Below the pieces are notes generated by a model, which saw only the letters and a list, made by a program, of their open reading frames with translations, searched no databases and was not told where the DNA came from. A DNA stretch of 64,000 bases, taken from the NCBI GenBank assembly GCA_034430155.1, contig DAOUET010000001.1, positions 342 through 64,341 on the forward strand. Reading direction: 5' to 3'. Both the position numbers and the translations under genes were made by a program. The stretch's first letter is position 1. Each line of letters opens with the position of its first letter. The DNA is from Anaerolineales bacterium (lineage in GTDB: Bacteria; Chloroflexota; Anaerolineae; Anaerolineales; UBA4823). This document shows positions 37,928-46,262 of the stretch, piece after piece.

Positions 37928-38173
37928 TCAACGCGAGGTAGTGATCTTCAGGATCTTGCCGTTTGAGTTTGCGGTCACCCTCACCAAGCGAGGGATATTC
38001 TTCCCGTTTTGAGCTTGAACGGTGCCTTTATATGTGAGCAGATATTTGGTGGGCGCTGATATAGATTTCGCTTGGGAGGTAGGTTGCATGGTGACCTTTG
38101 GTTGGTGACCTGCCAGTTCGGGGAAGCGTTGATAAACCTGGGAGGATATAGATTTAATCAGTTTTGTATCCAT
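37928..38173 (-). CDS. Small soluble protein, unknown function
   Basis: 81 aa, lying 47 nt downstream of ftsZ on the same strand. No motif recognised. Confidence 0.4.
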   Translation of the reverse strand: MDTKLIKSISSQVYQRFPELAGHQPKVTMQPTSQAKSISAPTKYLLTYKGTVQAQNGKNIPRLVRVTANSNGKILKITTSR

Positions 38174-38220
38174 ATTTATTCTGACAAAACGAACCTTTGA
38201 AAATGTGAGGGTGAAAGTAA

Positions 38221-39375
38221 CTAATTTTGGCGAGCCCGGCGACGTAAGAAAGCAGGTATGTCTAGGTTGGTGGATGTGCTTGCCATGACAGGAAGAGGGC
38301 TGGCTTCAACAGCCTGTACCTCAGTTTGAGACCGTGGCCGGGAAACGACTGCATGACGTGGCATCACTTCGTCTAAGGCTGTGCCACCCAAACCTGTGAC
38401 CACAAGAATAACCTGAGCACGGTCGCCCATACATGGATCCTGGATAAAGCCCATGACAATTTCTGTATCAGATTTAGCCTGAGCCTGAAGGTGATTTAGA
38501 GCATCACTCACTTCTAACAAGCTGAGGTCATCTCCCCCGGTAAAGTTGGCGATTATCCCGGCAGCGTTTTCTATGGAAACGGCTTCTAAGAGCGGGTGGT
38601 TTAGCGCTTGTTCGACAGCTTGCAGGGCTTTGCCGTCGCCGTGTCCTTGACCGATGGACATCAACGCTCCCCCGCCCAGTTGCATGAGCCGGCGAATATG
38701 GGCAAAATCAACATTGATCAAGCCAGGCTCGGTAATCAGTTCGGTGACGCCCTGAACAGCCTGCCGTAGAACATCGTCAGCCACGCGAAAAGCTACTTCT
38801 AGAGATAGATCAGTGGGTGCAACGCAAAGCAGGCGATCGTTGGGAATGGAAATGAGTGTGTCGGTTTGAGGTTGCAAGCGCTGTAGACCTTCGCTGGCGT
38901 TCCGTTGGCGACGGCCCATTTCAAAAGAGAAGGGGGTGGTGACAATCGCTATTGTGACGGCGCCTAAACTGCGGGCGATTTTGGCTGCTACCGGTATAGC
39001 GCCAGTGCCTGTACCGCCTCCCATCCCGGCAGTGAGAAAAACCATGCTGGCACCAGCTAATGCAGCTGCCAGTTCTCGGTGGCTTTCCTCGGCTGCTTTA
39101 TATCCGATTTCCGGATTACCGCCTGCCCCCAAACCCCGGGTGACATGTTGACCGAGCTGGATCTTATAGGGGGCGATGCTTGTCTGAAGAGCCTGGTAAT
39201 CGGTATTGGCTGCAATAAATTCAACACCCTGCATACCTAGTTCGATCATACGGTTGACAGCGTTGCAACCACCACCACCCAATCCGATCACCTTCAGGAC
39301 GGGTTGTGGGGTTGATAATGGGGACGAAGAATGTATGTCTCTCATAATTTCCTTCTCTGGATAATGGCGTATCAT
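38221..39375 (-). CDS. ftsZ: Cell division GTPase FtsZ
   Basis: IKVIGLGGGGCNAVNRMI and the tubulin signature GGGTGTGA are present, with the C-terminal peptide DIPAFLRRR. The in-frame ATG at 39345 (MRDIHSS), preceded by AAGGA, is the more likely start. Confidence 0.95.
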   Translation of the reverse strand: MIRHYPEKEIMRDIHSSSPLSTPQPVLKVIGLGGGGCNAVNRMIELGMQGVEFIAANTDYQALQTSIAPYKIQLGQHVTRGLGAGGNPEIGYKAAEESHRELAAALAGASMVFLTAGMGGGTGTGAIPVAAKIARSLGAVTIAIVTTPFSFEMGRRQRNASEGLQRLQPQTDTLISIPNDRLLCVAPTDLSLEVAFRVADDVLRQAVQGVTELITEPGLINVDFAHIRRLMQLGGGALMSIGQGHGDGKALQAVEQALNHPLLEAVSIENAAGIIANFTGGDDLSLLEVSDALNHLQAQAKSDTEIVMGFIQDPCMGDRAQVILVVTGLGGTALDEVMPRHAVVSRPRSQTEVQAVEASPLPVMASTSTNLDIPAFLRRRARQN

Positions 39376-39424
39376 CGGGATATATGCTTCCGGAGTTTCA
39401 AACAGTTTGCTTCAAGATTCCTGT

Positions 39425-39440
39425 TGCAATTCTCATGCCA
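39425..39440 (-). promoter_or_regulatory. Sigma-54 (-24/-12) promoter candidate upstream of ftsZ
   Basis: The minus strand reads AG-TGGCAT-GAGAA-TTGCA-AC. This fits YTGGCACGrNNNTTGCW with a single C-to-T change. The -24 element overlaps the last codons and stop of the upstream gene. It lies 50-80 nt upstream of the candidate ftsZ starts. Confidence 0.6.
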
Positions 39441-40791
39441 CTAAATCAAGGTGTTCAACATCACAACCAGCAGATTCCAGGTTTTTCTTTAATTTTTCTG
39501 AAAATGCTTCTTTTTTCCCGGCAATCGTGACGAGCTTGGCCAGAGCAGCTTCTTCAGTTGAGAAACCAATGGTAGGTTTGTATTTTTTCACATAAGGCTG
39601 GATGGCTTGAAGGTACCAATCGGGGATACCCCACTCGTATGAGGGTAGCAAGAGATAATGGGAAATAGGGTGTTGGGAATGCACTTTTTCATTTGAAATC
39701 AAGTCCTTTGAGTCGCCGGGAGACTGAGGGCGCCTCAGCGAAGATCTCTCTTGGGATTTAGGGGCAACCTGATGGCCGCTGAACCATTGGCGTAAGGTCG
39801 AGACGATAGGGAGCGTGCTGCCATCTGGTTTGTACCAGGCATCTGGCAGATCCGGGCTATGATGATCGGCGGTGATCAACCAAAAATTACCAGCCAGGAC
39901 TTCCTGGGGAACGGTTTCCAGTGGGTCTGCCATGTAAGGCTCGAGCGTGTCTCCGGCCATACGCCTGGCGATGGTTAGGGTCCGCAGGGTCCGGGCAGTA
40001 TCATCGATTGAGTCTGGAGCGCTGTTACCAGGAGAACGCTGGTGGCTGCCGACTCCCAACAAAAGGATCCCCGTTGATCTACCGGTTACAGCTCGAATGA
40101 TGGCAAGGTACCAGTCAAAGATGCGAAAGCCACGCTGATCCTCGCTCCTGGGCGGTGTGAAATATGGCCGGGCACCTGGCCAGCTTTCGGGTCCACCATA
40201 TCCCCAATTTAAAGGTCGTTCACCAGCGCGAGCGTAAGCTGCCAAAACTAGAACCTCAAGCAAATCATGTAAGCCGCGCCGCTTTAATGCCTGGAAAGCT
40301 GCCCGTAAGAAAGCGGTATCCCAATAATCGCCTCCGGGTTCCAATGGTGGAAAAATAGGGATCAATCCAGCTTGCCTGGCTGATTCGGCAAGCGGTACGA
40401 AATGGTCGAGGAATCTCTCGACCAGCTCATTCTGTACCCATCCCCCCATAGGCCAGGCTGTGCGGGTATTCGGGCAATCGAACAGGATAACATAATGGAT
40501 GCCCCAACGTGCGTAGGTGGAAAATAACAACGCCAAATCAGTTTGTGAATGAGGGATTCCCAAAGGCAGATGGAAGTGCAATACCGGTTCGATGTGCGCC
40601 CGGGCTAATCCGCGTAGAAATTGTTCAGGGATGGCGCGATCCGTAGGCGCAACCAGAATTAACCAATTGGCTCCCAGGGCGCGTAATTCAGGCAACCAGG
40701 CGCGCAAATCGCTTTGCCGGAAGTGCTCAGTATCAGGGAAATAATGAAATCCCAAACGGGTGTTATTTTTTGGAGTAGGGAAATTGAGCAT
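39433..40791 (-). CDS. Hypothetical protein, possibly TIM-barrel glycoside-hydrolase-like
   Basis: 452 aa with no signal peptide. The alternating beta/alpha pattern with WVQNELV and FPPLEPGG resembles clan GH-A acid/base and nucleophile positions, but the similarity is weak. The C-terminal ~80 aa form a separate small domain. Confidence 0.6.
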   Translation of the reverse strand: MLNFPTPKNNTRLGFHYFPDTEHFRQSDLRAWLPELRALGANWLILVAPTDRAIPEQFLRGLARAHIEPVLHFHLPLGIPHSQTDLALLFSTYARWGIHYVILFDCPNTRTAWPMGGWVQNELVERFLDHFVPLAESARQAGLIPIFPPLEPGGDYWDTAFLRAAFQALKRRGLHDLLEVLVLAAYARAGERPLNWGYGGPESWPGARPYFTPPRSEDQRGFRIFDWYLAIIRAVTGRSTGILLLGVGSHQRSPGNSAPDSIDDTARTLRTLTIARRMAGDTLEPYMADPLETVPQEVLAGNFWLITADHHSPDLPDAWYKPDGSTLPIVSTLRQWFSGHQVAPKSQERSSLRRPQSPGDSKDLISNEKVHSQHPISHYLLLPSYEWGIPDWYLQAIQPYVKKYKPTIGFSTEEAALAKLVTIAGKKEAFSEKLKKNLESAGCDVEHLDLVA

Positions 40792-40814
40792 TCATTCTCT
40801 CCTGGCAGTAATGG

Positions 40815-40830
40815 TGCAAGAGGTATGCCA
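40815..40830 (-). promoter_or_regulatory. Sigma-54 (-24/-12) promoter candidate upstream of the 452-aa gene
   Basis: The minus strand reads CC-TGGCAT-ACCTC-TTGCA-CC, in the 71-nt gap after the activator gene. It is followed by a GGAGAG RBS and the ATG at 40791. Confidence 0.55.
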
Positions 40831-40862
40831 GGAAAGATGAAGCAAGGTAGCCGGTTGGATTT

Positions 40863-42038
40863 TTAAGAATCAGGGTGGATGATTTCCCTGGGAAGATGGG
40901 GTAAATCGATGGCCGGATCATCGCAGAACAGCATGGCTCTTTCGATGATGTTTTGAAGTTCGCGTATGTTGCCAGGCCAATCATGATTCATCAAAGCCTG
41001 CATTGCGCGGGGGGTTACCTCGGAGATATTTAACCCCATCCTGGGGTTATTTTTTCTCAAGAACAGGCCGATAAGTTCGGGGATATCCTGTTTGCGTTCC
41101 CGTAGAGGTGGCAGGTGTAGATCGACCACTTTCAGCCTATAGTACAGGTCTTCCCGGAATTCAGCGGCTTTGATTAATGAAGGCAAGTCCCTGTTTGAGG
41201 CAGCGATGATTTGCACATCGACGCGCAGCATGTTAGTGCCACCAACCCGGCGAATGGCACCCTCCTCGAGAGCGCGCAGAAGTTTGGCTTGCATTTCTAC
41301 TGGCATAGACGAGATCTCATCGAGGAAAAGGATGCCCTCGTCGGCGATTTCCATCAATCCGGGCTTGCGTTTATCCGCGCTGGTGAATGCACCTGCCTCA
41401 TGCCCAAATAGCTCTGTTTCGAGCATAGTGCTCTGGAGGGCGGCGCAATTCACGGCAATAAACGGTTTTCCAGCCCGAGTTCCCATCTGGTGAAGGGCAT
41501 GGGCTAATACTTCTTTGCCCGTGCCGGTCTCACCGGTAATTAACACAGAGACTGATGCAGTGGCAGCCCGTTGTGCCTGGTTTAGCAAGGATTGCATCGC
41601 CTGGCTGTTACCCACCACAAAATCGAGATGCTTATATTGGGTTTCACGCAGATGGTTTAGCTCACGCTGCATGGAAACCTGTTCTACGGCTCTTTCGATG
41701 GATTTTTCTAATACGTTCAATTGAATCGGTTTCTGTAGAAAATCAAGGGCACCATTCTTCATGGCATCAACCGCCATGTCGATATCGCCATAAGCGGTGA
41801 TCAAAATGATGGGAGGTCGAACAGGGAGATGGGTAGTCTCTTCCAGCAGGGAAGGGCCATAACCATCTGGGAGCAATACATCCAGCAGAATAATATCCGC
41901 TTCACCACGGCGGACATAATTCCGGGCGTCTTCTAAGGTGGCGACTCCATGGACCTCGTAGCCTCGAGAAACTAGAAAGGTGGAGATGTTCTCGCGAGCG
42001 TTATCTTCATCATCAACAATCAAAATAGTTGCGGTCAT
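40863..42038 (-). CDS. Sigma-54-dependent response regulator (REC + AAA+), lacking a C-terminal HTH domain
   Basis: 391 aa. REC domain (ILIVDDE ... IILLDVLLPDG). AAA+ domain with Walker A GETGTGKE, ELFGHEAGAFTSA (a GAFTGA variant) and sensor II GNIRELQN. The protein ends ~25 aa later with no Fis-type HTH. Confidence 0.9.
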   Translation of the reverse strand: MTATILIVDDEDNARENISTFLVSRGYEVHGVATLEDARNYVRRGEADIILLDVLLPDGYGPSLLEETTHLPVRPPIILITAYGDIDMAVDAMKNGALDFLQKPIQLNVLEKSIERAVEQVSMQRELNHLRETQYKHLDFVVGNSQAMQSLLNQAQRAATASVSVLITGETGTGKEVLAHALHQMGTRAGKPFIAVNCAALQSTMLETELFGHEAGAFTSADKRKPGLMEIADEGILFLDEISSMPVEMQAKLLRALEEGAIRRVGGTNMLRVDVQIIAASNRDLPSLIKAAEFREDLYYRLKVVDLHLPPLRERKQDIPELIGLFLRKNNPRMGLNISEVTPRAMQALMNHDWPGNIRELQNIIERAMLFCDDPAIDLPHLPREIIHPDS

Positions 42039-42046
42039 AATCTTCT

Positions 42047-43999
42047 CTAGGTCTCGTTTCGTTCAGCGGCCGGGAAGCGGGCTTGAAAGACCGTTCCTCC
42101 AGGTACGCTGGCAACTTCGATAGTACCCTTGTGAGCAGTGATAATGCGTTTGGCTATCGCCAGACCCAGACCGGTGCCTTCACTATTTGTAGTGAAGAAG
42201 GGCTCAAAAATGTGCTCGCGAATGTCTTCCGGGATACCTGGACCGTTATCCGCTACACTGACCTCGATATGCCGGCGTTCTCCTGGCCGGGTGATCGAAC
42301 GCAAGTGCACGGTGAGCATACCACCTTTTTCTCCCATAGCCTGGATAGCGTTACTGATCAGATTAGTAAAAACCTGTTCCAAGGCGCGAGAATCGCCGAT
42401 TACGAGGGGATTTTTGGCGGTGACGGTAAGTTTATGCTCTATGTTTACGCGTGCCATCCTGGGACGCCAACGTTCTAGTAAGCGGTGAACCAACAAACCG
42501 AGATCAACTTTATCCATCCTGGATTGGGATGGATGCGAGAAGGATAAAACGGATTGCATCAAATGAGCCAGGCGTTCGCAATCGGTTCCTAAACGAGCGA
42601 TGATCTCTTGATTGGGATCATCTTCGGGTAAATTGTAAGCGATGAGTTGAAGGCCAGTGCTGATATTATTGATCGGGTTTCGCACTTCGTGGGCAAAAAT
42701 TGCGGTGATTTCGCCTAGAAGGGCGCGTTGTTCTAACTGTTGGTTACGAACCTGATATTGTTCGCGCTCGCTTAAATCTCGGAGAAGGAGGATGGCGCGA
42801 TGAAATTTGTCTTTGTAAAAGACTGGCAGAATGCGGATGAGGGCCAGAAAAGCGCCCCCATCTCGACGATGTATCCGGACGTTACCTAAATTGTGGGTGG
42901 GTATCCCCTGTTGAGCTGCCTGGAGTGCAGGTATCAGGTTTTCCGCGCCAATGATGACGTTTTCGATCGGTTGACCGTTTACTTCGCGGGTGGCATATCC
43001 AAGAATCCACTCAGCAGAAGGATTCATTTCTATTATTTTTTGATCGGGCCCAATGATGATGACACCTTCCCGCACAGATTCCTTGATGGTATCGGCGAGT
43101 GTAAGACCGATTGATTGTATTTCAATTTGTTCGAACAAGTTGGACGTCAGGGATTTTTGCTGGACGATAGCCATGATTGCGGCTGCTATTATTTGAAGGA
43201 CCGGTAGAATGTTGGTAGTCGGACTTGATGCGGGGTCAGCGATGACGATCAATCCCGAAAATTTTCCAGGTTGGCCGAGGGGCGCTGAAGCCAGGTAGGT
43301 GAATTTTGCCGCTCGAGCTGCTCGCAGTAAACCGCAGGTGGCGCGTTTACCCGGGATCCAGAGGCGGGGATCCAAAATTTGGCTGACATCTGAAGGGGGG
43401 ATGCGTTCAGGCAACTCCGCAGCAGTCCCCCAGTTAGCGATTCGTTTAAGACCCGGTGAGCGAGGGTCGACAACATAGATCGCCAGGATGGCGGCGCCTG
43501 AAAGCGTGTGTCCAGTTTGCAGGGCGGATTGGATGGCCTGTCGAAAGTCGCTTTCCTGGGTGGATAGAATTAATTTGTAGAGAAGGTCTAAAAGTCTGTT
43601 ATGTCGTTGTTTTTCAGCTTGTTGTAAGCGATGAAGCTGCTCTTGCTCCAGGACGACCAGAGCGATCGAGCTTGGGGAGTTGAGGCGGTTTAAAGTTAAG
43701 AACACCTCAACTTTTGTGCCTCGGCGGGCATTAATACTGGTTGTGAAACTTGTGATCGCATTTCCTATGCCTTGAGGGTGATCCATCACCCCCAAAGCTG
43801 GTATCAAGGAGTCCAGGTTGAGATCTATCAATTCGCTCCGTGTAAAAGAAGTCAGTTCGGTAGCTTGGGCATTCGCAAGCAGTATCTCGTTTCCCTGCAA
43901 ATCGACGAGCAAAGCTGCCTGAGGGAAAACGTCGAGAAAACTCTCAATCTCAGTAAGGGACAGCTGCCGACGCCGTAAAAATGACAATGAGGGGAGCAT
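42047..43999 (-). CDS. Cytoplasmic PAS/GAF/PAS sensor histidine kinase
   Basis: 650 aa with no TM segments. H-box [12 protein letters not shown], plus N, G1 and G2 boxes ([26 protein letters not shown]). The gaps to both neighbours are 8-11 nt. Confidence 0.9.
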   Translation of the reverse strand: MLPSLSFLRRRQLSLTEIESFLDVFPQAALLVDLQGNEILLANAQATELTSFTRSELIDLNLDSLIPALGVMDHPQGIGNAITSFTTSINARRGTKVEVFLTLNRLNSPSSIALVVLEQEQLHRLQQAEKQRHNRLLDLLYKLILSTQESDFRQAIQSALQTGHTLSGAAILAIYVVDPRSPGLKRIANWGTAAELPERIPPSDVSQILDPRLWIPGKRATCGLLRAARAAKFTYLASAPLGQPGKFSGLIVIADPASSPTTNILPVLQIIAAAIMAIVQQKSLTSNLFEQIEIQSIGLTLADTIKESVREGVIIIGPDQKIIEMNPSAEWILGYATREVNGQPIENVIIGAENLIPALQAAQQGIPTHNLGNVRIHRRDGGAFLALIRILPVFYKDKFHRAILLLRDLSEREQYQVRNQQLEQRALLGEITAIFAHEVRNPINNISTGLQLIAYNLPEDDPNQEIIARLGTDCERLAHLMQSVLSFSHPSQSRMDKVDLGLLVHRLLERWRPRMARVNIEHKLTVTAKNPLVIGDSRALEQVFTNLISNAIQAMGEKGGMLTVHLRSITRPGERRHIEVSVADNGPGIPEDIREHIFEPFFTTNSEGTGLGLAIAKRIITAHKGTIEVASVPGGTVFQARFPAAERNET

Positions 44000-44010
44000 G
44001 TGTGAAAAAT

Positions 44011-45438
44011 CTATGCGGGTTTAGGGGATTCCTTAACCTGACGAAGATGGGATGGCAGGATACCTTCCATGGATCTGTATTTTGCTACCGTACGTCTGGC
44101 GACGTGAAAACCCTGCTCGTTGAGCAGACTGACAATTTCATTGTCGCTTAGAGGTTTTTTTTCGTTGTCGATGATCTCTTTGATCACGCTGCGTATATGG
44201 AGACTGCGATCGAAGAATTTTGAGAGCGGGATAATGTGTCCATTGGGCAGCTGTGCAGCTTTGCTGGAAACTGCTCGTGAAATGGTTGATTCGTGAACAT
44301 CCAGCTCCTCCGCCAATTTGGCCCGGGTGTAAGGACGAAGGTAACAATCACCATGAAGGATAAATTCACGTTGTAATTTGGTGATCCGGCGCATCAAGCG
44401 TACCATAGTATTGGCGCGTTGTTGAATACACTTTACCAGCAAATCTGCACGTTCCAAATCCGATTTCCACTGTTCGACTTTATCGGCAGGAGCTTGCCCG
44501 AGCGCCTGGCGGAAGAGTGGGTTGACTTGAAGCAACCCCAGGAAGGGTGAAACGATTTCCACGACCAGGGGGGCATTAGCGTTGCCCTGGAGTAAAGAGA
44601 TGATCACATCCGGATTATTGTAAACTCTCGGGCTTTCGGCGGTCCCTTGACGGATATCGCCCCAATAAGCACGCCCCGGATATGGATTCAAGTTGTCGCT
44701 GATAAAACGGGCAATCTCCCTAACCTTACGGCTGGATATCCCTAGTAAACGACCTAGTTCGGTATATTGGTGACGGCTGAGTAATTCAAGCCCTGATTTG
44801 ATGGCTTCATCTGCCAGTGGAGGCACGGGGAAATTTTCTGCCAGCAATTCCAATTGTACCAATAAGGCTTCCCGGGGGGAGGAGGAGCCAACACCTACAG
44901 GATCCGCCCGCTGGATAATGTTCAGGATTTTCTCAACCTTCCCAAGCGAAACGTGGTGGTATCGGGCGACTTCCAGAGGGGTGGTGTCCAGCAAACCATC
45001 CTCATCTAAATTGGTAAGCAGATGAGCAGCCAGGCGGCGGTCATCTGGATCAAGATCTGGGGCGATCTGGCGTAATACAAAAGTAGGTAGTTCCTCTTTT
45101 GCAGGTGTAAGGTTTTCCCCGGAGAACTCTTCAGCCGAAGATCTTCTGGATACATAAAAATCCTGGCGAGGAGAAACGAATATGATCGGTTCTTCCATGG
45201 AAAGTGATTTTGGTGTGCTGCAGCGTGGGCAGGGTTGCGAACCGATCAGAGGGCGATGGCAGGTGGGACAACGACGCTCCTCTCTTAACTCTAATGCTGG
45301 ATTTTGTGACAGTTCTGTTTCGATTTTTTGATTTAGTTCAACCGCAGTAAGTTCGAGAAGCGACATGGTTTGAGCCAGGTGCGCGGTGGTGAGCGGACGT
45401 AATGTAGTTGCTGGACGGAGGATCTGAACTTGTAACAT
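44011..45438 (-). CDS. rpoN: RNA polymerase sigma-54 factor with a Zn-ribbon insertion
   Basis: 475 aa. Region I (LTTAHLAQTMSLLELTAVELNQKIETELSQNPALE) and a C-terminal HTH plus RpoN box (ARRTVAKYR). CPTC-x9-CPRC occurs at residues 57-73. Confidence 0.9.
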   Translation of the reverse strand: MLQVQILRPATTLRPLTTAHLAQTMSLLELTAVELNQKIETELSQNPALELREERRCPTCHRPLIGSQPCPRCSTPKSLSMEEPIIFVSPRQDFYVSRRSSAEEFSGENLTPAKEELPTFVLRQIAPDLDPDDRRLAAHLLTNLDEDGLLDTTPLEVARYHHVSLGKVEKILNIIQRADPVGVGSSSPREALLVQLELLAENFPVPPLADEAIKSGLELLSRHQYTELGRLLGISSRKVREIARFISDNLNPYPGRAYWGDIRQGTAESPRVYNNPDVIISLLQGNANAPLVVEIVSPFLGLLQVNPLFRQALGQAPADKVEQWKSDLERADLLVKCIQQRANTMVRLMRRITKLQREFILHGDCYLRPYTRAKLAEELDVHESTISRAVSSKAAQLPNGHIIPLSKFFDRSLHIRSVIKEIIDNEKKPLSDNEIVSLLNEQGFHVARRTVAKYRSMEGILPSHLRQVKESPKPA

Positions 45439-45540
45439 AATGATGAAATCCTTTGATGCTGCTTATCAAAATGAAGGAATCTTAAAATTGAGAATTAAAC
45501 TCATGGAATTTTCTTCTCAGTAGAGACATATACACTCGTT

Positions 45541-45556
45541 GCAAGTTCCGTGCCAG
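45541..45556 (-). promoter_or_regulatory. Sigma-54 (-24/-12) promoter upstream of rpoN
   Basis: The minus strand reads C-TGGCAC-GGAAC-TTGCA-A, a perfect match to TGGCACG-N4-TTGCW. It lies ~100 nt upstream of the rpoN ATG. Confidence 0.7.
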
Positions 45557-45636
45557 CTGTTATTGAGAACCACCCCCTGATTAGATGTTTATAGCCCTGC
45601 TGACTAACCAGGGGGTGTAGTAAATCTTCTCATTTC

Positions 45637-45665
45637 AATTATCGCGAAAAATCCGAGCGAGTCAA
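45637..45665 (-). promoter_or_regulatory. Sigma-70-type promoter upstream of the rpoN sigma-54 promoter
   Basis: The minus strand reads TTGACT (45665-45660), a 17-nt spacer, then ATAATT (45642-45637). Confidence 0.45.
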
Positions 45666-45694
45666 GCGAATTGCATAATTGTTAGGTTTTCTGG

Positions 45695-46195
45695 TCATGG
45701 CTGGTCAGGAGCAGGGGCGACTTGAACCATAGTAGTAGACCCATCGGGGGCAGTAAGCATCACGGCGATGTGCTGCGCTCCCGATCTCGGAATTAAGATA
45801 TAGCCAGAACAGCTGCCTACCCACTGGTTCTTAACCCCAGAATGGGGGTATAGGGTGCAGTCTTCGGGTATATCTTGTTTATTTGTATCTAATGGTTGAT
45901 CGCTGATAGCCCAACCCGAGGATTTCCATAACTCTGCGACCAGGTCTGTGGTGGCCACGAACACCTGACCTTCAAATTCTGCCATTCCCTGGGGTATTTG
46001 GGAGGGGTTTGAAGAGGACTGAGACTTAGACGAAATCGGTGCACCGGCTTCTCCTGCTGGATTGATGGAGGAGGCTGAGTCTGGGACTTGTGCGGCATCT
46101 GTGAGGATGGATGCTGAGGAGATTTGCACAGGAGAACAAGCGGATGAAAGACTTAAAATGAACAACAATACCGGGATAAAAATAATTTTGCCCAT
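45695..46195 (-). CDS. Small lipoprotein, unknown function
   Basis: 166 aa with a lipobox (LSLSSAC). A Ser/Pro-rich linker is followed by a ~90-aa globular part. Confidence 0.6.
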   Translation of the reverse strand: MGKIIFIPVLLFILSLSSACSPVQISSASILTDAAQVPDSASSINPAGEAGAPISSKSQSSSNPSQIPQGMAEFEGQVFVATTDLVAELWKSSGWAISDQPLDTNKQDIPEDCTLYPHSGVKNQWVGSCSGYILIPRSGAQHIAVMLTAPDGSTTMVQVAPAPDQP

Positions 46196-46262
46196 CTTTA
46201 CGCGGGCCTCCGATCTACTCTAAGGGGGGAGGTTAATTCTTTAATCTCCTTGCGGGTGAAGA

